From NCBI GenBank assembly GCA_964247055.1, contig OZ176053.1, positions 8,990,001 to 9,054,000 of the forward strand: a DNA stretch of 64,000 nucleotides, in the 5' to 3' direction. Under the pieces are notes generated by a model. It did no database searches. It saw only the letters and a list, made by a program, of their open reading frames with translations, and was not told the DNA's origin. Both the position numbers and the translations under genes were made by a program. Every line of letters begins with the position of its first letter. Within the stretch, counting starts at the first letter, position 1. This document shows, in pieces, positions 13,613 through 26,892 of this stretch. Source of the stretch: Paragordius varius. Its lineage: Eukaryota > Animalia > Nematomorpha.

Positions 13613-16600
13613 CACTTTTTCCATACAATTCGATGCAGAGAAAAAGATTATCATCTCAGATTTTTGATTTAGGGAATATTTTTACCCAATAATCTTTATA
13701 TATTTTTGGCGCCATTTTGGCTTTACATACCAGCTTTAAGGCACAAAAGTTCCCCAAATTAAAAAACTAAGGCGATAAATCTTTTTTCTGCATCAAATTG
13801 TATGGAAAAGATATTCATATATTCTATGTTTTGTAAAAATTCTACGCAACTTCCTCTTTGGTGCAAATTATCGAAAAAAATTTTTTTTATACAAGGCTTA
13901 ATCTTTTGTTGAAGGCGATATATTGGGTAAACTCCATATATAGAGTTAAAATATGAATGTTTTAATAAAAATAAAAAAAAATTTACCGCATATTAACAAG
14001 TTTTTATGATTAAAATTTGGCGCTAAAGTGCGATTTTTTAGCTTATATTCTTGTAAATCTTTTAGAGACCCTCCGAAAAAGTGTAAAATCTTTGTTAATA
14101 ATATTTTTCCGTTTAGAATCATTGCTATATTTACACAAATAAAATTTAATTGACACTATATCTATTGTACAATTCTATTTGACCTTATATGCGATAAAAA
14201 TGCGATTTTTGGATTTTGGCTAATAACAGAAAAATTAAAATAACTTTTTTCTAGTATTTTAACCGCATCCATAATATACATTTATTTATGTTGTATTAAC
14301 AATTTACTATAATTCAAAGAAAATAAAATGGCGGCGAAAATGTGTTAGATAAGAATTTTTTTACAATTTAAATTTATATCAAATTTTTGTATCGTGCTCC
14401 TCAAAGATTAAAGAAAGCATTTTAATTTGGCCCACTGCTAAAAATATTTTTTAAGATATTTTAATTTTAAATGGCCCTTGGGTCTAAAACTACCCCAAAC
14501 GGTCATGAAGTGTTAAATTTGTTTCTTGATGTAGTAGAACTGTTAATTTGAGTAATTGGTCCGGATAGTAGAATAATTTGATCTCTATTTTTGCACACTA
14601 TAATCTTAACAATCCATTTTTAGACTAAAAATTAATTTATCAATTTCTTTATCTCACCCTAGATTGAAGTTGATATACCACGGTGTCATCAATACAATGA
14701 AACATTGGCAACTGACCTAGCACACGTCAAATTTAAACGTATTCTTAAGGCATGGATCATATCTCATCCACAATATGTTTATTGGCAAGGATTAGATTCA
14801 TTGTGCGCCCCGTTTTTATATCTCAATTTCCATGATGAAAGTAGGTAATTATACTCGGGATATTTATTTATTTAAAATCGAATACATTTCTTGCTTAGTT
14901 AACTGTTCCACTCTTCGTCAAATCGTTCCTATTTTTTTGTTCTAAAAATTATCTCTGAATAAATAAGTTATTTTTTAATGTTACCTTCAAAATGGTTTAC
15001 CACGGTTATATACCGGTTTAATTATATTGTAAACCAAACTTAAAAAATCGAAGTGTTCGATAAAGTTAATGAATGATTGACCTTTGATGATATGCATATT
15101 TTTACTGCAATTTAGGCATGGCTTATGGTTGTCTTTCATCCTTCATTGACAAATACCTGTACAATTTTTTTCTTAAAGAAAACTCCAATGTTATCAAAGA
15201 GTATCTCTCCATATTTACAGGCTTAATAGCTTTCTATGACCTTGAGTTATATAAACACATGGAAAAGATTGCATTTCATGCCGAACTATTTGCCATCCCA
15301 TGGTTCTTAACGGCATTTGCTCGTAATCTTTTTTAATTGTTTTGGAGAATAAACTAGAAATGTTTCTTTTATTAATTTTTGTTTGAAAAGTTTCCTTAAA
15401 ATGTAAAAAATGTGAATTTACACTTTATCTCATTTATGGTGGCGAATTCCCATTATTTTAGGCCAATTGGCAAGACAGTAGGGTATATGGGTAAAAAATA
15501 TTAAATGTTTGAAATAAACAGTTTTTTATTTTACAACATTGAATTCGTTTATTTAATTATGGACAAATTTGTTTTATCCATACGCTACTCTATATTCACA
15601 TATAATTTATGATATAATTAGATATTCTTCCATTACAAAAAATTTTTCATTTATGGGATACACTACTTTTGCAACCTGAATCATTTCCCTTGTTTATAAG
15701 TCTGGCCCTTGTTCAACATCTTCGAACAGCTATCTTATCTTCTGGATTTAATGAGGCCATATTACTTTTCTCAGATTTATCGGATTTGGATATAGGAAAA
15801 ACGTTAGATGTGGCTAAGGAATATATTGCTAAAACTCCTGAATCGTTAGTTTTTCGTTTTTACGGAAATTTGGCATCGCATTTAAATGCGGATAAAAGCC
15901 CCAAAGCGAACGAAATCAAGATATATAGTAAATCTCTTATCATTTTTTTTTTGATTAATAAGGGCGTTTTAATAAATGAATATATTAATTTGACTGTAGG
16001 AATGTTCATAATTTTATTTATATTTTGCTAATAATACTACACATATTTAAGCATATTATATATTTGATAGGAAATTCATGGAAATGGAATATAAGACAAA
16101 TACCGCACGTCTTTAAGTCTGATATATCAATCAATAACCTTAACTCTCCATTTAATCATATCACAATGTTCAATTTTTGTAAATTGAACGAAAGCATTAC
16201 GGGGTAATATAAACAATATACCGTATTTTTTGGGTATTTTTAATATATGTTGGAGTTATTCTTACCGATAAAAATTAAAGATATTTAATTCTCAAAAACA
16301 ACTAAGAAAATATTCGACTTTGTTTATAATATAAATAAAGTATTTTACTTTTCAAATTTAATATAAATTGGATCGTCTTACTAAATTTGATAATTTAAAT
16401 ATTTTCTAGCACAGAAAATTATTTTTGGACCCAACTTAATATACCACTCATAAAAAATCAATCAGATCTTATCGATGAATGGGATTGCATATTAGATAAT
16501 TTTGTTGAATCTCACTTTAACTACAATGTGTCAAGTCTCAAAATTTTATCATCACCTCATTTTTCTATTATCCAGCAAATATATGATTATATTATGGAAA

Positions 16601-16638
16601 AATATGAAATTAATTATTTAGCCATATTGATTGGTTAA
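11100..16638 (+). CDS. TBCK: TBC1-domain-containing pseudokinase TBCK, ~835 aa. Exons 11100-12554, 14663-14840, 15116-15322, 15622-15927, 16071-16203, 16410-16638
   Basis: Degenerate kinase N-terminus ([15 protein letters not shown]); TBC arginine finger [11 protein letters not shown] and glutamine finger [17 protein letters not shown]; KYLYNFFLK; FAIPWFLT; [11 protein letters not shown]; [12 protein letters not shown]; weak rhodanese-like tail (LNIPL...YLAILIG). The last two exons are less certain. Confidence 0.92.
12858..13077. mobile_element. Tc1/mariner-type MITE, family A (220 bp)
   Basis: TA|CAGTCATGTATCCTT...AAGGATACATGACTG|TA; long terminal inverted repeats; near-identical to 21940-22158. 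Confidence 0.85.
13095..14280. mobile_element. ~1.2-kb foldback (imperfect palindromic) element
   Basis: Arm pairs ~13115-13225/14175-14270, ~13355-13460/13930-14045, ~13500-13570/13820-13895 and ~13615-13680/13745-13810 are reverse complements by eye. Confidence 0.7.
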
Positions 16639-17113
16639 ACAAATTAATAATGGAAAAAGAACGATTTTATACATTATATTTAAATTTTTGCATATATAAA
16701 TAATCTTTAATTGACCAAACTAGGGTATTATTTTTCAAAATAACAGAATATTATAAACCAGATAGGTCCGATACGCGCTTAGGCTCCAATAGATTAAATG
16801 TCAAATATACACGCAAATTAATTATACAATATGATTAAATATACTTTGCTATTCCATTTATTTCTGGCAGATAGAATATTCAGCAAAGGAAAATATTATT
16901 GACGTATAGTTATTACATTATTTTCTTATTTTATCCAATAATAATGCTTTTATCTGGCAATATTCTATGAATAACTAGCAATGTATATTTTCTCTAACTG
17001 TAATCTATCCAAAAAACACTATGGCCTATCTAATTCCTATTATTCTCTCATCATATAAAATACTAAGATAAGAGCTGGCAAAAAAATTGGCTTAAAATAT
17101 TATTAGTTATATG

Positions 17114-20100
17114 TAAGGTGACCAGATTTTTTGAAGGAAAAAGCGGGACAAATCCGAGAAGGGGGGATCATTGGGGGGTACAACCAAAAATTTTTATACA
17201 AAAAATTTATTGTAATATTTATTTATTGTTAATACATTTTAAATATATAAAAATTTGTACCTTACAGGTTGTTTGTACCTTATTCAATAAATTTACATGT
17301 GCACGAACAAAGGGTGAAGTGATTGTAATATTCTAGAAAATAATAATAAAGACGAAATCATCACAAAGTGAGCTAGGTGATGCAAGAAGCGGCTAAAAAA
17401 ATATTTTTAACAATTTAGCGAATAAATTTAATCAAAACATTATTGGTAGATACACAACGCTATTCAAACAGCTACTGATTTGTTACCCCTGGATGTGGAA
17501 AATATAGATGTTAAATGCTTGGATATTGTAGAACTGTTGGTTAGCTCTTTGCCAGCGATTGAAATAATAAAAATGTGTTCTCCTAGAATCCTATTTTTTA
17601 TCACAGGACAAAGGTCAAAATTCCAAGTCAAAAAAGGTTAGAAATAAATTTACCATTACCTAATCGCAATATTATAAAGCATCCAGAAAAACAAGGCTGA
17701 ATGAATAGCCAGAATATAAAAATGTTTTATACAAAAAACGATTATTTGGAAGACAAGACGGTGCACAGTGACACTTTTTTATGAAGTCTCATTATTAAAT
17801 AAATATATTGAATAAAAACTTATATTATGGACAACAGAAAAAAATACGTAGGATATAAATGGTTAAAATAATCATTTTTTAAACAAATTATGTTCATGTA
17901 GAATGCATTATTTTTACCTGAACCACTGCTATTGAACGCGTTTTTCCACAGTAAATTCAGTAAGGACACGGAATCAAATTTAAATGTTGAATAAAAGCCA
18001 TTTTATGTGTTCAAATATAATTTTATGAAGACTTATACAATATTTTAAGTAATTTTGTTTATTTTTTAACATAAAAACTTTATAAATATAAGAAAATATT
18101 TTATTCTTTGGTATATTTTTTGTTTGAGTGAATGCGTTTTAGCAGATTGTCATATTTTTTAAAATATTGTAGAAGTCTTCAATTTGTCAAATTATATTTG
18201 ACAGATAAAACGGCCTTTTTTCAACATTTAAATTTGATTTTTCCGATGTCCACACCAGATTTACTAAAACGCGCTAAGTAGCAGCGTTAGTTCTAAGTAA
18301 AGATAGTGCGAATTCCACAATTTTTAAAATATTATTTTATGTAATATAGTTGGTGATGAAATATTTTCAACCATTTCTTTTCTTCTGTATATTTTTCTTT
18401 TGTCCATAATTTGAGTTTTTCATTATTAATATATCTTTTAACTAATGATACTTCAGAAAAAAAGATCATTTTCTGAAAGATTAATTTTTGACAATTTTTG
18501 GGAGCAGATATAATCAAATGATTTTTGAACATCGCACCAATTAACTTTCTAATGTTATCCAATGAAAATGATCAATTTCATTGAATTATGTCGTCCAGTC
18601 TTCCAAATAATCTTTGCAGTTTGTATAAAACATTTTTATATGGTACAGGATATCTTGGCGATTTATTAAGCCTTGTTTTTCTAAATTATTTATTATATTG
18701 CAGATGGTTAATGGTAAAAAATTATTTTCTAACCGTTCTTGACATTGGAATTTTAGGTAACTTCATTGGCTACTTCGATTGCCGAAATTTTGTCACCTTC
18801 TATAAATTTAATAACATTTTAAAAGAGAGAAGCTTGATAATGTAAGAATTCTAACCATATTTTTGAAGAATCACTTTCAAAAAACTTTTTTAAAGTTGTA
18901 GGACATTTGTCCTGTGATAAAAAAAAGATTTTAAAGGATCATACATTTTTAAAATTCTTTCGATAACTGTCATAAAAGCTAACCAACGAGTTTTACAATA
19001 TCCAAGCATTTTTTGATATTGAACTTCTGCATTTTCACAGAATGCTTTAAGCGTTTCAACACGTACCGTGTATATATAAAAATAGGAATATATTTTAACA
19101 ACTACATTTTCCACATCTAGGGGTAACAAATCAGCAGCTGTTTCAATAGCGTTGTGTATTATATGCGCTGCACACCCAGCGTCAATAATGCTTCGATTAA
19201 GATTATCTGCTAATTACTGAAAATTATATTTTGTTCCCCTCCTTGCTTTTCCACCGAAGTTTGTATTGGTGTTGTCAGCGCAATATGCGATAATTTTGTT
19301 CTTTTAAATTATTTTTTTCTATGCATTATTGAAGTAAATATTATTTCGGAATTTTCACCGGGTAGAGAAATTGACTCTAAAATTCTAATTTTTACTCCGG
19401 TTTCTGAATCAAAATTTAAGTGGGAAATAATTTTGTTTCATGGTGATTTGATGCATCAGAGTATAGGGATAAGAAATTAATTTTCAGCGAATCTTTTTGC
19501 ATTTCAGAAAATGCATGTGGCGAAAGGACATTGCACACAATGGGTCAGCCTTTGTACGGGCACATGTAGATTTTTTATGGAATAACGTGCGAATAACCTG
19601 TGAGGTACAGTCCATAGATCTAAAGGAATGATTGTGATTAACAGCGTGAAAAAATAACACGCCCTCAGCTAGTGCCAAATTCTTTTCTTCCTCTCCAAAA
19701 GCGGTTTTCGAAAAAATCGTTCATTTTGTAAGATGATGCCGCCATATCTAAACATTTTTTATGTTTCTGTGTTTCCATATGCTTTGTAATATCATGCTTG
19801 CCGCCATGTGCTAGGGTGAATTCCCCCTCGCATATAAGACATTTAACAGATGATTCATTTTTCGTTTTTTTGATAAAAGGAAAATCTTTCATTAATTCAT
19901 TGTTGAATTTACAACCTCTTTTTGTGCTCATATTTATAAACTACTATTAGTATAAAAAATATTATATTACCTTAATTTTCTGGAATAAACGTGTAAGGTA
20001 CCGATTTGTGGTATCAATTTGTCTTTTGAGCTACCGATTTGTGGTATTAATTTGGCTTTTTAATAATGTTGGCAAGTAATAAAACTAAAATATTAGTATA

Positions 20101-20490
20101 ATAAATATTATATTACCTTCATTTTCTGTAAACGTGTAAGGTATCGATTGTGGTATCAATTAGTCTTTTAATCTATAGATTTGTGGTATTAACTTGGCTT
20201 GATAATGATGACAGTAGTAGTAGGAAGGAAAGTGTATAATCATATGATATAAATTCGAAAAAAAAGTTTTTAATTTAAAAATAAAAAATTTTAATTTAAA
20301 ATTTATATAGATTTTAAAGATATATAATGATAAAAAATTTAAACGGATAAAAAAAATTTATTTGTATTAAAAAAAAATTTTTTTTATATAATCGTGAAAA
20401 AGCGGGACATTTTAAAAACTTAGCGGGACGCGGGACAAAGTGTGAAAAAGCGGGACTGTCCCGCCAAAAGCGGGACGTCTGGTCACCTTA
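17114..20490 (-). mobile_element. hAT DNA transposon (Blackjack-like), defective
   Basis: TIRs TAAGGTGACCAGA at 17114 and 20478-20490; perfect 8-bp TSD GTTATATG (17106-17113 and 20491-20498); subterminal GCGGGAC repeats; fragmented transposase on the minus strand. Confidence 0.92.
18200..19931 (-). pseudogene. Frameshifted hAT transposase
   Basis: BED-like finger CLIC...HMETQKH (19665-19931), TCARTK, HNAIETAADLLPLDVE, CKTRWL and a dimerisation-domain remnant near 18200-18290, separated by frameshifts and stops. Confidence 0.8.
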
Positions 20491-21737
20491 GTTATATGGT
20501 ATAAAACTAGCCTCCATGAATAAAGTTTGATAATACTACTTAAAACCAATTTTATAAATAAATCTGTAGATACTCGATCTAAAAATAGACGAATCAACTT
20601 CAAGAGAGGGAAAGAGAGAGAGAGAGATTAGTCTTGTAGATAATTTAGTGTTATTCTTTTTCTTGGTTGTAGTATTTTTCGCCTATTCTTTGCGGCTATT
20701 TACAGTAAAATTGAAATTATACGGACAAACGTAAAAATAAAGGCAAATATTTTTTTTCTAAAAGACAACCACATTTTTGAAATTTTATTTTGATATAAAT
20801 AATTGTTTATAATTGCAAAGTATGAAATAAAGATATGTGTGGTAACAATCAATTATATATATTTTTTAATTGTAATTATATGGGAAAAATTATGGTGTCA
20901 AAAAGTATGGTTATTTTTTCTAAAAAGATATTTGTCATATATTTTTAGGTGTCCATATAATTTTATTTTTTACTGTAAATTATTTATGTTGTTAAAATGA
21001 ATGGAATGGCCAAAGTAAGCAGTATTATTATAACAATGTTAATAATTTACCCAACCAATCCGCAACAAAAAATTTTAAAGCTTGCAAAGTCTTCAAATCT
21101 CTTTTTTGTAGAATCAGTTTCCACAGCTATAGCCATAGGGATTGTGTTATTTAATAATTTTACTTTCATAGTTTGGCTTGATATCTCAGTTATTTCCACA
21201 TCTTGTGAAAAGATATTTTTTGTCTATTTTGTTAATATACGTTTTAGTTATTTTAATCTTAATTTCAACTCGTAGTTAAATATAATTATCTAAAATGTTT
21301 CTAACAGATTTTACCGATTTTAACTGAAGTATTATCATCATGTTAATATCCTCATCTTATGCATTTTGTCGCGAATATTCAATAAAATTAAGTAAATGAT
21401 TGTTATTTGGCCGCAAACCTAGAAAGGATTGGATTATAGCGCTATCTATCTATACAGAATTTTAAAATTATATATTGACATAGTACACTCCAAGCATAAT
21501 TTTTATTTTTATAACATTTCAAATGTGCCATATGTGTAATAATATAGTTTAGAAAGAAATAAAATGGGATAAGGAGAATTTTAACAATCATGGGCATGTT
21601 TTAATGTTTGTCCTTTTAATTTAGTCCCCTTATGCAAACACGCTTATAATTTAAATTATTTTTCTTAAAGCTTTCAGAATATTATAATTTTAATATTATC
21701 ACACATTTTGGGTTTAAATAAGTTCGACACACTAGGC

Positions 21738-24371
21738 CAGTGGTACTCAAACCGCGGGCCGCATGCGGCCCTAAGAGTGCTATTGCCCTATGACCATATT
21801 GATACTTCAATTATTTTCTTGATTAATGAATTTTTTAATACACATAAACAAATTGTCGCTTATTTTAATACTTAAGATTTAATTTTGGTAATTTTTATTC
21901 TTTACCCAATTTAAAATGTAGAGAAATTTCCTTACATTACAGTCATGTATCCTTTATTTTATCAAAAATTTATTTTTTTGTTAAATGGATATAAATATTT
22001 GGTAAAGAATGGAAAAAACAAGAGCTCTATGGTATTAACAATATCATATTCATCAAAAGTGTAAGAATTACCATAGAGCTCTTGTTTTTTCCTACAAAAT
22101 ATTTATACCCATTTGACGAAAAAAATAACTTTTTGATAAAATAAAGGATACATGACTGTATAATGATTTCAAATTTCGGCACACGTTGTTTCTGTATTCT
22201 ATTTTTTTTCTATTCTGAAATTTTAATTGCATTTTTTATTTTAACAACCTTTCACCCAAACTTGCATATACATATTCTTTTCGTTGCTATCCTGCATCAT
22301 TTTTTATAACTCATTCCCATAAAATATTTTTCAAATTATATTTCGACCTGTTTTTTATATGAATTCAAATTATATTCCTATTTTTTAAAAAAATTTACAT
22401 AATATTTAAACATAAATTAAAAGGATGACATCTAATGCTAAAAACGTAAATTATCTGATGAAAATCGCTCTTTTTTAAAGAAATTGGGGTTTAAAATAAA
22501 AATATTGTTACCTGCCGTTATGTAAAGACAGCATAATTATAAAAAAATATAATATTGAAAGACATTTTAAAATCCATCATTCTTATAAATTACCAGAAAA
22601 CCATGAGGAAAGAAACGAAAAAAAAAATTAAGAATTATACCAGAAAGAAAAATCTATTATATCCATATCTTTAGCCAGGAAAAAGCTGTAATATTAGCTT
22701 CGTATGAAATTCGCTATATTTTAGGAAAAATAACCATTTACTAATTCCAACTAATAAAAGAATGCCTAATAAATGGTTGCACTTTTTTATTTGATAAATT
22801 CCATAATACAAATTATGAGGCAAATTAAAAAACTTCAACTTTATGATTCAACATGTGCCCGACGAGATGAAAATATGGCTTATATTTTTAACAATACATT
22901 ATTGGATCTGAAAAACTCCAAGTATTGCTATTGATTCCAGCACTGATATTAGTTCAACACCTCCACTTGCGCTCTTCGTGAGGATTTTATAACGACATAA
23001 TCAGAGATGAATATTTAAATTTTTACCAATGAATAATACCACAAAAGGAAGTGATTTTCTCGAAATAGTTATTTTTTGGATAATAATGGTATATCTATGA
23101 AAAAATTGGTTTTGATGCACTGGCTCCTCTATGATTGGAATAAACAACGGATTTATTCCTCTTTTAAAAAACAACTATAATTTGCAAAATATTTATCCTT
23201 TCACTGCTTTCATCAGCAAAGCTTGGTTTCGCGTGTAAAAGATGAATCACAGTAATTAAAACGGTTGTGGATATAGTTAACCACATCCATGGCAGAGAAT
23301 TCAATCATCATAAATTCAAAAACCATCTGAAAGATATCCACAGTGAATTTGATATTCTTTTGTACTCGACTGTGAGATGATTAAACCTTAGCAAAGTAAA
23401 TAGATTTTTTGTTTTAAGACAATAAATTCTATTATTTGTAAAAGATAACAGAAAGTTAAACGAGGAAATTAATTTTGACAAATAGTGGGTGTTATTAGCC
23501 TACCTTTGCGACATTTCTTATAAACTTAGAATTTTTGAGATAAGTCTTCAAGGGAGCAAAATAATAACCCAATTTGCTAGTAAAATATTAGCTTTTGAAG
23601 AGAAAACAATAATATATAAACATGATTTTATAATTAAAACATTCCTATATTTTCCAACACTTAAAACGATTCATGTAGAAAATGTGGTACCGCGGAGATT
23701 AATTTAATAATAGACAATCATTTAACATTTTTATCTAATGAGGTGAATTTAGATTTCAAGAATTAATAAATATTATAAATTGCTTAAAACTCGTTGAAAA
23801 TCCATGGCATATGGATATATCCAATAGTATTTCGGTTTTGATCAGGCGCATATCATTGAAGAATTCGTAGATTTTAAAAATGATTCAATTTGGAGGCTCA
23901 AGGAGATTCGTAGGGAAGAAAGATATGTAGAGTTTTGACTAGATGTGCCAAATAAATAGGAAAATATAAAAAAATATGCTCAAGTTATCCTAAATGTTTT
24001 TCCCTCAACTTACACGTGTGAGACGGCATATTCAAAAATGAAATATGTCAAGAATACACACAGAAATCGCTTAACCGATGATCAATATGGACGACGTATT
24101 AAGTGGCCTGTCATGAGGCGAAACCAAATTAGTCAAAAATTATTGGTTAATATCAAAATAAAAGTTGTTTAATATTTTGAACTAAACGGTGCAAAACGAG
24201 TTTTTAGCTGGATTTACATGTAATCAGCACAAAATTGTTTGTGCTTATTTAGAGTATATATATGTGCATGTTGTAAAATAGTATGGAGTATTTTCCATTA
24301 TAAGGTTCATGATGGTCCTCGAAAAAAATATATATTTTATTTGGCCCGTCAAATTTTTTTAGTTACCACTG
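21738..24371 (+). mobile_element. hAT (Charlie/Buster-like) transposon with a highly degenerate transposase
   Basis: CAGTGGT...ACCACTG termini; perfect TSD CACTAGGC with central TA; remnants TVRWLNLSKV, LAYLCDI...SLQG and FPSTYTCETAYSKMKYVKNTHRNRLTDD. Confidence 0.88.
21940..22158. mobile_element. Family A MITE nested in the Charlie-like hAT
   Basis: TA|CAGTCATGTATCC...GGATACATGACTG|TA. Confidence 0.85.
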
Positions 24372-24539
24372 CACTAGGCATTTATGAATGAATGAAATTT
24401 TTTTTTGAATTGTGCCTTCCCATTTCCCTAAAAATCATCTCAATATTCCTCACGGTAATCAAACCACTATGGGTTTCATGCGGCTCTAAGAGTGCTATTT
24501 ATGGTTCTGAATTAAATTTAATTTGATGATTATTTAGAA

Positions 24540-24774
24540 CAGAGGTGCCCAATTTAAATGGCTTCACGGGCCATATTACAAAAATTATGGGCATTAATTA
24601 ATATTTTATTAGATTCCAAACATAATAGAAAATATTTAGAATAAAATAATTTGGGAGGATTTATTCGGAAAGTTGATTTTTACTAAGTATGCAAATCTTT
24701 AAATTTCCTATTTTTTGGTTATTTAAATCTTTCACGGGCGCACAAAGTATTTTGGGGAATGTCCAATACCACTG
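24540..24774. mobile_element. Short non-autonomous hAT element
   Basis: CAGAGGTG...CCACTG termini with perfect 8-bp TSD ATTTAGAA. Confidence 0.75.
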
Positions 24775-25049
24775 ATTTAGAATATAAACATCTACATATA
24801 TGTCAAACAGCTTGCAATATTTGTTGATATTTTATGATGAATAGCTCTTCAGACGAAAAAAATATTTTATTCGGCTCTTATCAACTTTTTGTTGAGGACT
24901 ATTGTTGTACATATTAATCGGGCAGACCGTCTTAATGACCTCTTTTGTGGGAATAAAATACTTAGTCTTTATCCGCATCATTACCCTTTTTAAAAAAAAT
25001 ATATAAAAATTATTTTTTTATGATAAGATTCAATTAATTTAATATTATC

Positions 25050-25561
25050 ACTTCGATTCAAATTGGGGTATCTAAATACCCCAGACTAAAATTAAATTGA
25101 TATTTCTAAAAAAAACAACGGAAGGAAACAGTCCCAATTTAAAATTATGCTTGTATTTTAATAAAAATTATATAAAAAGCCAAAATATCTAAATAAAATT
25201 TAGTTTTGAAAAAAAAGTTCCATATCAAACTACTTGGACGCCATTTTTATTTTACAAAAATTTTGCAAAATATTGTGTTAATTTGATTCAAACGTTTAAA
25301 TTAAAGCTGATTACTTATTTAAATTACATCTAACATTGATAGAAATATTATTCAAGCACATATGTTACATTGGCTAATTTTTTATCTTTGGGTTTTATAT
25401 TAAAAAAAAATATCAAGTATTTTCGAATAAATTTTTTTATATATTTCGGTTTATTAATGTTATATAGGTGCAAAATTTTGCCATTGTTTCGATTCCTTGT
25501 ATATTTTTAAATTATTTAATTTTAGCCTGGGGTATCCAACTACCCCAATTTAAATCGAAGG
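25050..25561. mobile_element. MITE with ~45-bp imperfect TIRs
   Basis: cttcgattcaaattggggta...ccagactaaaatt versus aattttagcctggggta...taccccaatttaaatcgaag. Confidence 0.65.
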
Positions 25562-26447
25562 ACTGAAATGAATGTCTTGCATCCAAGTGATGTTAATATA
25601 TAATGAACAACATTATTCAGATATTTTATTAAATAATTTATTTTTTTTATTATTTTTAGCCATTATGGGGGTTTCATATTACCCAGAATAAATTTGTGGG
25701 TAGGTCTACTCAAAGAATATAATTTAAAAATTTAGTTCTTATTTAAAAATCAAATTTGCAAAATGATTAGCATGAGCTAATATGTTTTAAGGGGCTGTTC
25801 AAAAAGAACTTTTGGAGAGTAAGTCTACTCTACACAAATAAATGATAACGACTAAAATGGACATTTAAAATATGTTTCTTAGAACGATTTTCGAAAATAT
25901 TTTACTCCTTCTCGCCCAACATATGGGAGATTTAGCCAACGAATAATGGAGATTTTTTGCTAAAACAAAATTTTACAGGGATCGAGGCTAAACAAGGGTG
26001 AATTTATAAGGAATTTTATAAAAACGTAATAGATTTCCAACTGGGCGATGTTCACCAATAATTGCTTAATCGGATATTTTTGTTTTAAAGAGCATTTTAC
26101 TTCGGGTCGGGCTCTACCCAAATACTATTTTAAAAAAACACTCAGTTATCATCTTTACTTAGATAAACACATAGGACCATTAAATTGTTTTTTTATAGTC
26201 CAAAAAATAGTTCAAACCAAAATATTTTTACAGGGTGTATTTTAATAAGGGACGGGCCTCTACCCATGGCCTATTAAAAAGCCACGGACAAATTTTTTTG
26301 CCTTTATATACCTTATTTACAAATTTAGAGGAGGGGATGGCAGAGGCCGTTTGAAAATTTTTGTGATATAAGTTGACTCTCAATTATAAATTTGACTGGA
26401 TTTTAATGATTTAAACAATCACTTTACGTTCATTATATTAAAAATTA

Positions 26448-26830
26448 CAATCATGTATCCTTTTTTCAAAAATTTATTTTTTTTCGTTAATTGGGTATAA
26501 ATATTTGTTAAAGAATGGAAAAAACAAGAACTCTATGGTTTAACAATATCATTTTCAAGTAAAAAAAGTGTGGGGAAAGAGCGTCGAAAATGTTATATGG
26601 CTTTTATAACAATAGCTTTAAGATGAGATAGTTATTAGTGTATTTTCATTATACTCAAACACGTTTTTACCATGTAAGATTTTCGACGGCTTTCCCCATA
26701 CTTCTTTTACTTTTTTGATAAATATGATATTGTTGATAACATGGATCTCTTGTTTTTTCCATTCTTTAACATATATTAGTACCCATTTAACGAAAAAAAT
26801 AAATCTTTGATAAAAAAGTATACCTGACTG
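26448..26830. mobile_element. Longer family A MITE with an extra internal inverted-repeat segment
   Basis: TA|CAATCATGTATCC...CCTGACTG|TA; insert bounded by gtggggaaagagcgtcgaaaat and attttcgacggctttccccat. Confidence 0.75.
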
Positions 26831-26892
26831 TAAAATATTAATTTTATAAATAAATTTATTAAAATTATTAAATGAAAATATTTATTAACGTT

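Larger units (their letters stand above)
12650..14512. mobile_element. Split TTAA-type MITE (pieces ~12650-12815 and ~14330-14512), interrupted by younger insertions
   Basis: Both pieces match, by eye, the 48964-49492 and 54457-54984 elements; right end ctaccccaaacggtcatgaagtg|ttaa. Confidence 0.55.

Noticed and set aside
20990-21380. Coding-like minus-strand stretch (QDVEITEISSQTMKVKLL...FCCGLVG)
   Set aside because: No consistent splice model and no recognisable family; hydrophobic runs are expected from AT-rich DNA.
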